Counted from the first letter of the stretch, positions 1 to 12,870 are shown. The stretch: DNA of 64,000 bases from Octopus sinensis (GCF_006345805.1 NC_043017.1:19282001-19346000), one strand, 5' to 3'. Program-made: numbers and translations. Notes: generated by a model not told the origin, from the letters alone.

Positions 1-261
1 AAGCATGACATTGTAATTGTGGCTGAAGGTGGACCGCTACAGAAGGACCCTGATCCTGAACAGACCAAGCTGAATGCCATCCCTGTCTTTCAACCTGTGC
101 TCAAGAGATCGATCAATGGGGGTCGAGGAGAAATGGAATACATTGACAAACTGGACCACCGCCAGGTGCTGTTGCTCTGTCTCCGTTACCAGCAGCACTT
201 GAAGCAGTTGTCAGAAGCTGTTGCTTTTGATCAGAATGCTCTCTGTATCCGAGTTAAAGAG
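1..261 (+). CDS. BORCS5: BORCS5 (LOH12CR1/myrlysin) penultimate coding exon; 5' end at or before the window start
   Basis: Frame 1 is open from base 1: KHDIVIVAEGG...DPEQTKLNAIPVFQPVLK...KLDHRQVLLLCLRYQQHLKQLSEAVAFDQNALCIRVKE. This matches BORCS5 motifs as I recall them (DDIVVVAQG, IPTFQPLLK, LCLRYQDHL, EAVAFDQNAL). Ends at phase-0 donor GAG|GTAAGT at 261/262. Confidence 0.93.
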
Positions 262-407
262 GTAAGTTTGGAGAGAGAGAGAGAGGGGAGTCGCAAAAAG
301 AAATGGGAGGAGAGAGAGAGACTTTATAATTTGTTAGACTATAAGTGAAATCTGTGTGTGTGTGTGTGTGTGTAGTGGAGTAAGTTGTATATCTATAGTA
401 TATATGT

Positions 408-631
408 GGCAAGCTGGCAGAATCGTTAGCACGCCGGGCGAAATGCGTAGCCGTATTTCGTCTGCCGTTACGTTCTGAGTTCAAATTCCGCCGAGGTCGA
501 CTTTGCCTTTCATCCTTTCGGGGTCGATAAAGTACCAGTTATGCACTGGGGTCGATGTAATCGACTTAATCCCTTTGTCTGTCTTTGTTTGTCTCCTCTC
601 TGCTTAGCCCCTTGTGGGCAATAAAGAAATA
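408..631 (+). mobile_element. tRNA-derived SINE family A (in the BORCS5 intron)
   Basis: AGCTGGCAGAATCGTTAGC head, B-box GAGTTCAAATTCC, body GGGGTCGATAAA..GTACCAG. Confidence 0.85.
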
Positions 632-840
632 TATAGTATGTATGTCTGATGTTTGTTTTACATATGTATGTATGTGGTAATGGTGTGTTTCCTATGGATG
701 AATGTGTGTGCTGTATGTTCCTTTTCTGTTGTGTATTTCAACAGTAATATAAGCAAAGTGTTCAAGAAAATATCCGATGTTTGTTAGTGGAGACAGTGAC
801 AGCACATGTTGTTGGATTTTGTCATCTAGATTTTCTTTAA

Positions 841-1540
<700 letters not shown>

Positions 1541-1627
1541 TTAACTGTATCCTTGTTTGCTTTGTTACAGAATGGCAAATATTTGAACCAGACTTTCTGG
1601 TTCCTGCTTACCAACTTAAAAACATAA

Positions 1628-2131
1628 CTCTTTTGGTACCAACCCATCTGAGACTGCCTCAGGTTCTGTGATACAGATATATTTTAAAGCAGTGGTTCCC
1701 AAACTTTTTCAGGCTGCTGCCCCCTTGACATCCAGGCCCCATTCCTAGCACCCCCACCCCAACTAACCATCACAAACATAGAACCCCTTTGTGAAACAAA
1801 TTCGAAGCAACTGAATTTCACAAAATAACATTTCACCTGATGAACCCATTAATTTGTTTTTACATGAATCACTACCTCATTATACCCCCACCTTTCTTCA
1901 ACACTCCCTTGGAACTTTCCACCGCCCCACCACATCACCCCCAAGGGGTCCATAATGCCTACTTGGGGAACCACTGTTTTAAAGTGATTTAAATTAAAAC
2001 CTTCAATCGAAATTTCATGTTAGTTTTTGTTGTAAATACCAGTTTAATAACAAGAAAGTTATTTTCATAGATTCTTCACTATTTTCAAAATTAATTGAAA
2101 CTGTATTTCAACAGAAATATGCTGACCAAAA
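1628..2131. mobile_element. piggyBac-like MITE family A, interrupted by a hAT MITE
   Basis: Internal homology to 841-1540 (GAGACTGCC..GGTTC, AAAATTCCATGTT, TTCAACAGAAATAT); termini decayed. Confidence 0.6.
1690..1976. mobile_element. hAT (Charlie-like) MITE nested in a piggyBac-like MITE
   Basis: TIRs CAGTGGTTCCCAA / TTGGGGAACCACTG and perfect 8-bp TSD TTTTAAAG. Confidence 0.88.
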
Positions 2132-3302
2132 CTTTTGGTTACCATATTTTACAAGCAATTCATGATTTTTAAAATTATCTCCCTTTTTCTTAGTAAGTTG
2201 CTATCGATTCGTACTAAGTTTGTTTTCATTCACCAACTAAGAGGGGAAACTTCTATGGATTCAAAAAAAAATGTTTTGTTTGTGCATATCATGTTTCTGG
2301 ATACGTCCACCTTATCCTTATTGTGAGGTAATTCTAATTGCGGTTGCCTTGTCTTTAGTGTGGAGTTATACTGTCTCTGAGATCTCAGACTTTAAAAAAA
2401 AAGAAAGAAAAAAAAGTATTCCAATATCTTTTCTTTAAAGAACCTCTATTCTGAGTTCAGATTCTGCCAGGGTCAAGTGTGCTTTTCATCTTTTCAGAGA
2501 TGATAAAATAATTTACCTGTTGAGCACCGGTGGTCAATGTAATCGACTTAGCAGGCTCCTTGCAAAACATCAGACTCTGTTCCTCTAATAGAAAGAAAGC
2601 AGACTCGTTAGCACAGCGGGCAAAATAATTAGTAGCATTTCTTCTGGCTCCTAACATTCTAAATTCAAATCCTGTCAAGGTTACCTCTTCTTTCATCCCT
2701 TTGGGCTTGATATAATAAAGTACCATTTATGTACTAGGGTTGATGGTATCAACTGACCCACAGTCTCTCTTAATATTGCTAGCTCTGTGCCAAAGTTTGA
2801 AACTATTATTATTATTATTATTATTATTCTGCTGAGATTGACTTTGCCTTTCATCTTTTCGGGGTCGATAAATTCAAAGCAACTGAATTTCACAAAATAA
2901 AACTTCACCTAATGAACCCATTAATTTGTTGTTTTTACATGAATCACTACCTCATTATACCCCCACCTTTCTTCAACACTCCCTTGGAACTTTCCACCCC
3001 CCATCACCCCCAAGGGGTCCATACCGCCTACTTGGGGAACCACTGTTTTAAAGTGATTTAAATTAAAACCTTCAATCGAAATTTCATGTTAGTTTTTGTT
3101 GTAAATTTGAGTTCTGAGTTTGATGTTATCAACTAGTCTCCTCTTACAAAATTGCAAGTCTTGTGCCTTTAGAAGAAACGATTATTATTATTATTATTAG
3201 GGCGGCGAGCTGGCAGAATTGCTAGCATGCCGGGCAAAATGCATAGCCATATTTCGTTCTGAAAGGAGTACTGTTATTTTTTTTTTTCTCTTATCATTGC
3301 AG

Positions 3303-3527
3303 ATTGATTACATGATGCATGTGTTATTGAACTCTCTCACGGACAGACAGAGGAAGTATGCCAAGTATACGGAACAGTTTCAGCGCGTCAGTGAAACACT
3401 GTCCATTTTGAATCGCATCAAAGGCTCTATAGACAATATAATTCCAAAGATGGAGCGTCTGAACCAGATGCTGCCGGAAACTGAACAGCTTGAACCATTC
3501 ACTATGAAATCCTTACCATCAAATTAA
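3303..3527 (+). CDS. BORCS5: BORCS5 terminal coding exon
   Basis: Polypyrimidine tract and CAG acceptor at 3300-3302, phase 0. IDYMMHVLLNSLTDRQRKYAKYTEQFQRV...MERLNQMLPETEQLEPFTMKSLPSN* matches the BORCS5 C-terminus (RQKRYAKYAEQ...RLNSMLPEGERLEPF). TAA at 3525-3527. Confidence 0.93.
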   Translation: MDYMMHVLLNSLTDRQRKYAKYTEQFQRVSETLSILNRIKGSIDNIIPKMERLNQMLPETEQLEPFTMKSLPSN

Positions 3528-3805
3528 TCCAATCTAATCCAATGTTTTTTCAAACTCTGTATTTATTTTGTTGCTAACTCTAGTTTATTGGTGCCATTTC
3601 TGTTGTGCTGTTTTGTAACACAGCTTATAAAATCTAAACAAATATGAGCTAAGAGTAATAATTATGTTGTTCAACTACATGCTACTGGCAGGGAGCTGAA
3701 CAACATAGGCAAATACAGGTATATCAGATACCATACAACATAAAATCTTGATTTATTAAAATTATCTCCACCCCTAGAGGATGTATCATAAAATTGCCAA
3801 ATTGC

Positions 3806-3843
<38 letters not shown>

Positions 3844-5440
3844 CCATGCTAGCATGGAAGGCGGATGTTAAGCGAAGATGATGTGTGTCTACATATATAT
3901 TTATATATGTGTATATATTTATATATATATTTATATATATGTATATGAGGGTTCTCCAATTTCTTACTGATCAACTACACAGATGATTTGTTTATAGTGA
4001 TCAAATGTTTGTGTACACTCCCTCTATCAAATCGGCATTACCTGTACAGGTGCAACGGGTGCCACATGTCTGATGAGGAAATGATTCCAGAGCAACATGA
4101 AATGAAGTGCTTTGCTCAAGAACACAACACAACGCGCCATCTGGGAATCGAACCCACAATCTCGCAATTGTGAGTGCAACACCTTAACCAATGAGCCATG
4201 CGGCTTCACACACACACACACACACACACACACCACACACACATATATATATATATTCTTTATTTGTTAGTTAAAAAGGCTAACATTGGTTTCACACGAA
4301 GAATTCTCAGCAGTTATCAAGCCTGCCTAATGGGATGTTTGTACTAATGTCCCTTGTGGCAGGCTTGATAATTGCTGAAAATTCTCAGCATGAAATTAAT
4401 AGTAGCCTTGTTAAGTTAGAATTGAGCACTCATTCACACTGTTCAATATTAGAATATATACATACACACACTTTATATATAAAGAGTAAAGACCCCCTTC
4501 AGTTATGAATGACCATGGGATTACACCTATAAAGTTGCCCTCCAAGGCACAAGTCTGGGCAAGGTTCTTTATGAAAGACCATCAGTTGTCCATGTATACC
4601 AGCCTCCCTTCACTGTGCCACTAGTGTCATCCAAGGGAAAAGTAAAGGCTGATACAGCTTGGCACCTGTGATGTTGCAACTCATTTCTACAGCTGAGTGA
4701 ATTGGAGGAACGTGAAATAAAGTGTCTTGCTCAAGAACACAACACACAGCCCGGTCTGGGATTCGAACTCACTACGTCAAGACTTTGAACCCGACACTCT
4801 AACCACTGAGACATACAGATATAAATATAGATACACACACACACATAGTACAGGTATAGAGGTATATCAAATACCATATAGCATAAAATCTTGAGAGTTG
4901 TGAAAATTATCTCTGCTTCCAGAAGATGTATCATAATTAGCAATTAGCAACAAGGACTAACTTCACTTGAGGAGGGGTGATAATTTCCAGAATCAAGAAT
5001 TTCCCCTAAACTGACATGCCATTAAGGAATGGGTTAGGTTTATTGTCTGAATGGAGATAAGCAGACAGCCATGGACACCTGTTCCTTCTTGTTTGCATGA
5101 GATGGACACAGTGTCAGCCTACCTTTCCCATGGCTTGTTATTGCAAATTCAAAACTGAACTGGAGAAGCCTCATTGTATTTATAATCAAATCACTTTATT
5201 CTATTATTTCCCCCGGACCAGAGAATGCTTTTGGTAATAGACTGGTGTCCTCTCATCTGCTTAATACCATGTATACTAGAAAATCAGAAAAAACAGAAAT
5301 GTAGACAGCTCTTTAAAAGCCTTCACCTTCACACTTCACTTTTCATCAAATATTTTTGATTTATTTACCTTTTTGTCAGAATTTTTTAAAAAGAATATTG
5401 ACTTCAGAGGGTCATTGCATGGCTAAGATGTTGGATTTGG

Positions 5441-5663
5441 TTAACTGGCAGAATTACTAGCATGCTGGGCAAAATGCTTAGCAATATTTTGTGTGTCTTA
5501 TTTGTTCTGAGTTCAAATTCTGCTGAGGTTGACTTTGCCCTTCATCCTTTTGGGATTGATAAATTAAGTATCAGTGAAACACTGGGTGTCGATGTATTTG
5601 ACCTGTCCCTTCCCACCAAATTTCAGACCTTGTGCTTTAGTAGAAAGGATTATTATTATTATT
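5441..5663 (+). mobile_element. SINE family A
   Basis: Same head and body with an (ATT)n tail. Confidence 0.8.
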
Positions 5664-7417
5664 GACCATGATTTGGGTTCAAATTTCTTTTAACAACAGC
5701 TATTTGCATAAAAAAATCAAATGCAGTTTCCATAGTGATTATTACAGGGTTATAGAGTAACGACAGGGATACAACATGTTAAAGGTTTCAATCACTTGGG
5801 TAGCATGGAAAATGGACGTTAAACGATGATGATGTTGTGCCTGAGTCAAGCAACCCCCTATGTTTAATCCCTCAATTTGTTGGGGCATTCATGTTGTTCT
5901 AATGAGGGCCAATATCTGACATACATTAGCACGCCGGGCAAAATGCTTAGTGGTATTTTGTCTGTCTGTATGTTCTGAGTTCAAATTCCGCCAAGGTCAG
6001 CTTTACCTTTCATCCTTTCAGGGTCGATAAATTAAGTACCAGTTGTGTACTGGGGTCAGTCTAAAATTTCAGGCCTTGTGCCTAGAGTAGAAAAGAATAC
6101 CTGACATACAGTGTGATATATTAACCTCATCTAAGTACAGTTTACCTGTTGGTGATTTATGTGGAACCTCTCAACCAGGTATGATTTACCTGTTGCTGTT
6201 TTGATCATGGTCACAGAGACAGTACCAATGATGGAATTCCTCACCTTACATGTTGCTGCTTTCTTAAGGAATTCCTGTATTAGAGATGCAATGTGCTAAA
6301 CCAATCATCTGGGTGTGGGTTACCTGTTGGCGTTTTGGTCAGCAAGAAACCTATTCTGCTGTGGCCCTTTTCTCTCATACTTTACCTCTTTATACTCTTC
6401 ATCCTCCTAGCATAAAGTTTAAGCCCCTTTTCCTTGGGTTTTGTTGTCTTGCAAACTGTATTGCAACCTCATTTGTGCTGGTGGCACATAAAAAGACCGA
6501 GGACCCTCTGTAAAGTGGTTGGTGGTAGGGAGGGCATTCAACCATAGAAACCATGACAAAAGAAGCACTGGAGCATGAAGCAGTCCTTTGGACCCTTTGG
6601 ATCTTCTCAAACCATCCAACTCAACCCAGCATGGAACACGGATGTTAAATGATGATGTCTCGGTCATAGTTAGATCCCCACACCACTGATGGAACTCCTC
6701 ATCCAGGTGTGGTTTACCTGTCGGCACTTTGGTCATAGATACAAAGCAGCACTAGAGATCCAACACAATAATTAGAAAAGCTAAGCTAACAGCTTAAAAT
6801 ACAATTTTAAAAATGAATTGGTGATTTCTGCAAATGTTCTCATTTAGAAATAATTAATACATGTATTTCTTTCCCCCCTTTTTTTGATCATTTGTAGAGA
6901 AACAACCAAACAAGTTGAGTACTTTTGTTTTTTTTTTTTGTATTTTTTTCCATGTTCATCCTCTGATTCCTTTAATTCTTTAACTGCAGCCTTAGATTTA
7001 TTCCAAATAGCTGCTTAACAAGGATTACTCTTGTCTTTTGTTTATTTAGTGGTAAGACACATATCAGAATATATGTTGATTACTGCCTTTATTAACATTT
7101 GGGGGCTGGGTTCAGCCCCTACCTATTGTCTGTGATGTTCCTCGCAAAGATTCTGTTTCACTGAAATAAAATCATCACCATTTTATATTTCTTTAACATT
7201 AACAATACTAACTGGACCTTTTTTGTTTTTTAAAAACTCTTTTGATACTAACCCTGCCTGAGAATGGCCCCTGGTTCTACAATACAATCTTAATTTTTTT
7301 TAAGTGATCTAAGTTAAAACTGTTCATCAAAATTCCATGTTAATCTATGTTCCAAACACCTTAAGAAGGACAAAAGTTATTTTACTAAATTTTATTAAAT
7401 TCTTCATTATTTTCCAA

Positions 7418-7902
7418 GGCCTGGTTCAAACATTTACCATTCTGTAAAAGGTACGGAAGGATCCACTTTACAGCAACTATTTAACCCTTTTGTTACCATA
7501 TTTCTGTTGAATTACTCAGCCTGCCATCATCATCATGGAAAACGGACGTTAACCCTTTCGTTACTAACCCGGCCAAAACCGGCTTTGGCTCTGTAGTACA
7601 AATGTCTTGTTTTCATAAGTTTTGCATCAAAATATACCACCAAACCTTAGTTGCAATTTATATTCCTAACATTAGCTTAATGGTAACTAAGTTATTTTAC
7701 TAAATTCTTTGTTATATTTAAAATAATTGAAAGAAACATAGAGCATCTCAAAATAAATACGGTAACGAAAGGGTTAAATGATGATGGTGAGGATGACAGG
7801 CTGAATAATTCAACAGAAATATGGTAACAAAAGGGTTAAATAGTTGCTGTAAAGTGGATCTTTCTGTACCTTTTACAGAATGGTAAATGTTTGAACCAGA
7901 CC
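7418..7902. repeat. Inverted repeat, 114-bp arms (7418-7531 / 7789-7902)
   Basis: 6 mismatches by eye; the spacer holds the MITE at 7553-7773. Confidence 0.9.
7553..7773. mobile_element. piggyBac-like MITE family B
   Basis: TTAA-CCCTTTCGTTAC...GTAACGAAAGGG-TTAA, inserted in the TTAA of a LINE-tail remnant. Confidence 0.88.
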
Positions 7903-7940
7903 TTCTGGTTCTTTGTCCACCAACTTAAAAGTTTTTTTAA

Positions 7941-8327
7941 CCCTTTTGATACAAACCTGTCTGAGACTGCCCATGATTCTATGAGAGGAAAACTTCTTGT
8001 TTAACCCTTTCGATACCAATCCGGCTCTGGCTCTGCACTACAAATGTCTTATTTTCAAAAGTTCTGAATTAAAATCTTCCACCAAACCTTAATCATAATT
8101 TATGTTCCTAACACTAGCTTAATGATAATTAAGTTATTTTACTAAATTCTTTGTTAAATTTAAAATTAATTGAAAGAAACACTGAGCATCTCAAAACAAA
8201 TATGGTAATGAAAGGGTTAAAATTAAAACCTTCGGCCAAAATTTCATGTTAATATATATTAAAAACACCAGCAAAATTAATTGAAACGCAAGCAGTGTAT
8301 TTCAATAGAAATATCGTAACAAAAGGG
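7941..8327. mobile_element. piggyBac-like MITE family A containing a family B MITE (8005-8216)
   Basis: Outer TTAA-CCCTTTTGATAC...GTAACAAAAGGG. Inner TTAA-CCCTTTCGATAC...GTAATGAAAGGG-TTAA. Confidence 0.8.
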
Positions 8328-8471
8328 ATCAGCTTTTTTGCTTTCCATTTTTCATAGAATTTAAGCTTACATAAAGCAAATAAAATTTCACAAACATAAA
8401 AAAAAAGAGAATTATCTTGATGGATGTAAAAACTTGAGTTGTTCAGAAATTTGCTTTGCAGCCAATGTGTT

Positions 8472-8547
8472 TCTTGGTTTGATCCTTGATTTGATTCTTG
8501 GTTTGATCCTTGATTTGATCCCTGATTTGATTCTTGGTTTGATCCTT
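8472..8547. repeat. 12-bp minisatellite, about 6.3 units
   Basis: TCTTGGTTTGAT / CCTTGATTTGAT alternation. Confidence 0.9.
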
Positions 8548-9196
8548 TCGTATGGCATTTTGGACAAAGTGTCTTTCTACTGTAGTCTCGGCTCAAGCAA
8601 AAGTTTGTGAATGAGATCAATCAGACGTCATCAACATCATTTTAGTCTTTTGCTCCGTTGGACTGTGGCCATACATGAGCACCATCTCAAAGGTTTCAGT
8701 ATTTATTTTAAAGCCTGGTACTTACTCTGTTCATCTATTTTGCTGAATTTCTTTGTTACGGGGATAAAAACAAACCAACAGGAGTTGTCGGGTGGTGATT
8801 GAACACACACACACCAGGCTTCCACATAGCCTCTGTCTACCAAATTCACACATACAGCCTTGGTTGGCCCAAGGCTATAGTAGAAGACATTTACCAAGAT
8901 GCTGTGCAGTGGGACTGAACCTGAAACCATGTGGTTGGGAAGCAAGTTTCTTAACCACACAACCATTGCCTATGTATTTTCCATGCTGTCATGGGTTGGA
9001 CAGGTCTTGCAGTCTCATTACTCGTCACAGTTGTTCTTCTTCACACACAGCAACAAAGAAAAACCTACCAATCGTGCTGCTGTATATGTTTTTTTATTTA
9101 TTCATTTTGTTATTTGTTTTGCTTTTTCCTTTTTTTAAATCAGGATGTCTTTCCTACCACCATCCACTTCATAGAACAGTTCAAATGGATTTTATA

Positions 9197-9421
9197 AATG
9201 TCCTTCTCCAGGGATTTTCTTCGCATAATATGACCAAAATATGTCAATCTATGCTCGGTGATCCTAGCTTCTAGCGACATTTTCGGCCTGATCTGCTTAA
9301 GAACTTCTCCATTGGTGAGCCTCGCTGTCCATGGAATCCGTAAAAGTCTTCTCCAACACCAAAGCTCGAATGCATTAATTCTCTTCTGGTCAGCTTTCTT
9401 TAGTGTCCCGGTCTCGCATCC
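9197..9421 (-). mobile_element. RTE (BovB-like) LINE fragment, same family as 43661-44031
   Basis: KRINAFELWCWRRLLRIPWTARLTNGEVLKQIRPKMSLEARITEHRLTYFGHIMRRKSLEKDI. Confidence 0.9.
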
Positions 9422-9618
9422 ACACACACACACACACGTACAAATTATGGGGATTTAGTTCACAGGTGATCTAAACGATTAGGTACTCTAGGTAAGTACT
9501 GTAATGGATTACCAGGGCTCCAAGGTTATAGCTGTGAGTAGTTATGGAGCCATTGCAGATTTCCAATGCAGCGGATGTATAATTGTTAAAGAGGACAACA
9601 ATGTTTGTTGTCCTACAC

Positions 9619-9797
9619 CAGTGCTTTTCAAACTTTTTGCTGGAGCGGAACCCCAAGGAAACATTCCACTGGCTCAAGGAACCCCTGTGCAATAATTTAA
9701 CTGTCTTATGCACACATATCTGCACAGGAGACTTAAAAATTACTGCTGATTTTAGCAGTTTTGTAACTTCTTGCGGAACCCTGGTTGAAAACCACTG
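9619..9797. mobile_element. hAT MITE
   Basis: TIRs CAGTGCTTTTCAA / TTGAAAACCACTG and perfect 8-bp TSD TCCTACAC. Confidence 0.88.
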
Positions 9798-10394
9798 TCC
9801 TACACACACACTTGAGTGAGTGCTGCAAAGTTCCTGGCTTAGGGTAAAAGAAAACACAGGGGGATCAGTTAATTATGATTTTATTTGTCGTGTTTCACAC
9901 ACTTATTGTAGCAGTCTTTCAGTTTTTCTAAGCCCTGTAAAAGAACTGAGAAGGTTGGGCCTCCAACCAGGCCTTTTGTGATACCCAGGAACCTTCCAGC
10001 ACCCCTTGTGTGTATATATATATGTAGTGAAGACATGTGCTTTAGGAGTTAGAGTATTTGGCTCACAGCCACACATTGTGTCCTTGAGCAAGGCACTTGA
10101 TTTCATGTTGCTCAGGTCACACAGCTGGCAAAAATGAATTGTTCCTGTAATTCAGTCACCGAATCTCCCTCAACTAGGGGTATCTACATCTGTGGAGTAC
10201 TCAGCCACTTGCACATTAATTTCACAAGCAGGCTGTTCCATTGATTGGATCATCTGGAACCGACGTCATCATGACCATATCAGTGCTGGTCATATATAGC
10301 ACCCATTATACTCTTGGAGTGGTTGGCATTAGGAAGGGCATCCAGCTGCAGAAACCATGCCAAATCAGTCTGGAATCTACTGCACCAGCACAGA

Positions 10395-10700
10395 TGCTTT
10401 TCATGTGGCACCATCATGAGTGCTTTTCATGTGGCACCATCATGAATGCTTTTCATGTGGCACCATCATGAGTGCTTTTCATGTGGCACCATCATGAGTG
10501 CTTTTCCTGTGGTACCATCATGAGTGCTTTTCATGTGGCACCATCATGAGTGCTTTTCATGTGGCACCATCATGAGTGCTTTTCATGTGGCACCATCATG
10601 AGTGCTTTTCCTGTGGTACCATCATGAGTGCTTTTCATGTGGCACCATCATGAGTGTTTTTCCTGTGGTACCATCATGAGTGCTTTTCATGTGGCACCAG
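10395..10700. repeat. 26-bp minisatellite, 11 full units plus a partial
   Basis: TGCTTTTCATGTGGCACCATCATGAG with the variant TGCTTTTCCTGTGGTACCATCATGAG. Confidence 0.95.
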
Positions 10701-12655
10701 CATAAGTGCTTTATATACACACACATGTGTGACTTGGACCCTGATGGATTCTTCAGTCTATGGGGGCATGGCATGTAGAAAAGCGCACCCAACATACCCC
10801 ATCAGCATTACTACTCTGTCCCCACCCTCCCTCTCTTTCAACTAATCCCTGACAATACCCTTCCTCTTGTCTTCTCCATTATTCCCACCCAAACACTATT
10901 CCCTTTGTTATTCTCTCTGCTATTACCTCCTTACAACAATAAATCAGTTCCTTTCGCCATGGGGATCTCTTTCACCTTGCAGACTACAAGACTTTCAAGG
11001 TAAACGAGAGCACTACTGGTCCCCCCCCCCAAAAAAAAGCACCCCGTACACTCTGCTGTAAGTGATTGGTAAATCACATCAATTTGTGATACCTGCCTGA
11101 AAGGGTTACCTGTTGACCAGGTAAGCTCACTGGTGCTGATCCATCAGCATTTTATACTGTGAAGTGGTTGGTGATAGGAAGGGCATCCAGCTGTAGAAAC
11201 CATGGCAGAGAAGAGAGATGAGAGCAAGACCAGTGTTAGAATGGGTATCCAGTTGTAGAAACAATTGGAAACCTGGAGCAAAACAATTGGAAACCTGAGA
11301 GCAAAACCTGGTTCCTCTGACTTGTACCATCTAACGATGATTTAGAAAAATTTAGTTGGATCTCATTAGGCACCAGGAAGCCATCAACTTGCAATCTGTA
11401 CAGTAAATTAATTAAATTTTTATCATTTCACTGTTAAAAACTTATACAATCCATTTATTTGTGTAAAATTTATGAATTATCATCCATGAGTTTAGTCATG
11501 CTACCTCACTCACCATTTAGGCGGGTGTGAGGCATAACAACTACTTAAAAGGAGCACTACCAAAAAAAAAAAATGGTTAAAACACACTGATCTAACCCAT
11601 GCCAGCATGGTAAGCAGATGTAAGGTGGTGATGATGATAATGAACAGCGTAATGGATGGATGGCCAGCTCAGTAGAGCATTTGGATAAATCACCTTATGG
11701 TATTTGGTTATGGTCCTTCACGTTCTGAGTTCAAATTCCACGCAAGTTGACTTTGCCTTTCCTCTTTGTGAGGTCAGTAAAAGAAAGCACCAAATGAAGT
11801 ACAGGGAAGTCAGTGCAATAACAGATCAAAACTTCTGAAGATGCTGCCCCAGCATGGCCACAGCCAAAGGAATGAAAGCAGTGAAAGAGAAAGAAATTTT
11901 ATGCTGATGTCACATAAAAAGCACCCAGCACATTCTGTAAAGTGGTTGGAATTAGGAAGTGCATCCACCCATAGAAACCAAGGCAAAACTGACGACGGAA
12001 TCTGATGCACCTCCTGTGAAACCGTCCAACCCATGTCAGCATGGAAAATGAACCTTAAGTGATGAGGAGGATGATCGTTAACCGAAAATGCTGGTATTGC
12101 ATAAATGATGGTGTGAGAGTTGTGTAGGTAAATATTAGATTTTTGTTCAGTTCTATTTCAAACAACATCTCAATGCACTAAAATGATAATTCTTTCTGGT
12201 TATTAATCCCATCTTAAAGAGAGAAAACTGGTTTGTAATTACAGGAACAGGCTTGGTTGTGTAGTTATGAAGCTCACTTCACAGTAATATGTTTCCAGGT
12301 TCAAATCTGCTACATACCATCTTGGCTAGGTGTCTTCCACGATGGTCTTGCGAGTAGAATTGGTAGACAAGCTTCTGCATTGTTTCAGGAGAGGCATTTA
12401 ATTTCAAAAAAGTACAAAACTTTACTCTCCGAAGTAAGAACGGATTTCAATGCAATTGTTGTAGCACACCGGCCCCTTTGTGGAGGTCCCATGGAAATCC
12501 GCCAAAGGGAAGGTGTTTAGGACCCTTGTCACATACAACAAATATCTTAATAATTATTGCAACAAGTATAGTTGTTATAGTCATCAAAGACATATATTGA
12601 TTACTTAACACAGAAATATTGTAATTTTTGATTATTATTTAAACTTAAAATAGAC

Positions 12656-12870
12656 AGCACGCTGGCAGAGTCGTTAGCAAGCTGGACAAAATGCTTAGCA
12701 GTATTTCACCTGTTGCTACTTTCTGAGTTCAAATTTTGCCAAGGTTGACTTTGCCTTTCATCCTTCTGGGGTCGATAAATTAAGTGCTAATGAAACACTG
12801 GGGTCGATGTAATTGACTCATCCCCACTCCCCCCAAGCTACCCTTGTGGCAAAAAATTGAAATAATTATT
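12656..12870 (+). mobile_element. SINE family A
   Basis: Same head and body; further decayed copies follow at 12950-13095 and 13119-13345. Confidence 0.78.

Noticed and set aside
262-348. Read-through extension of the first ORF (VSLEREREGS...)
   Set aside because: It lies past a consensus GTAAGT donor and is GA-repeat intron; BORCS5 homology resumes at 3303.
4069-4100. CTGATGA-GGAA-ATGA-TTCC as a hammerhead
   Set aside because: No GAAA, helix III or helix I follows; it is the antisense of a SINE body.
8249-8620. ORF with SNQESNQG repeats
   Set aside because: Antisense translation of the 12-bp minisatellite in a decayed SINE.
10395-10700. Possible CRISPR-like array
   Set aside because: Units are contiguous with no unique spacers, and the context is eukaryotic; it is a minisatellite.
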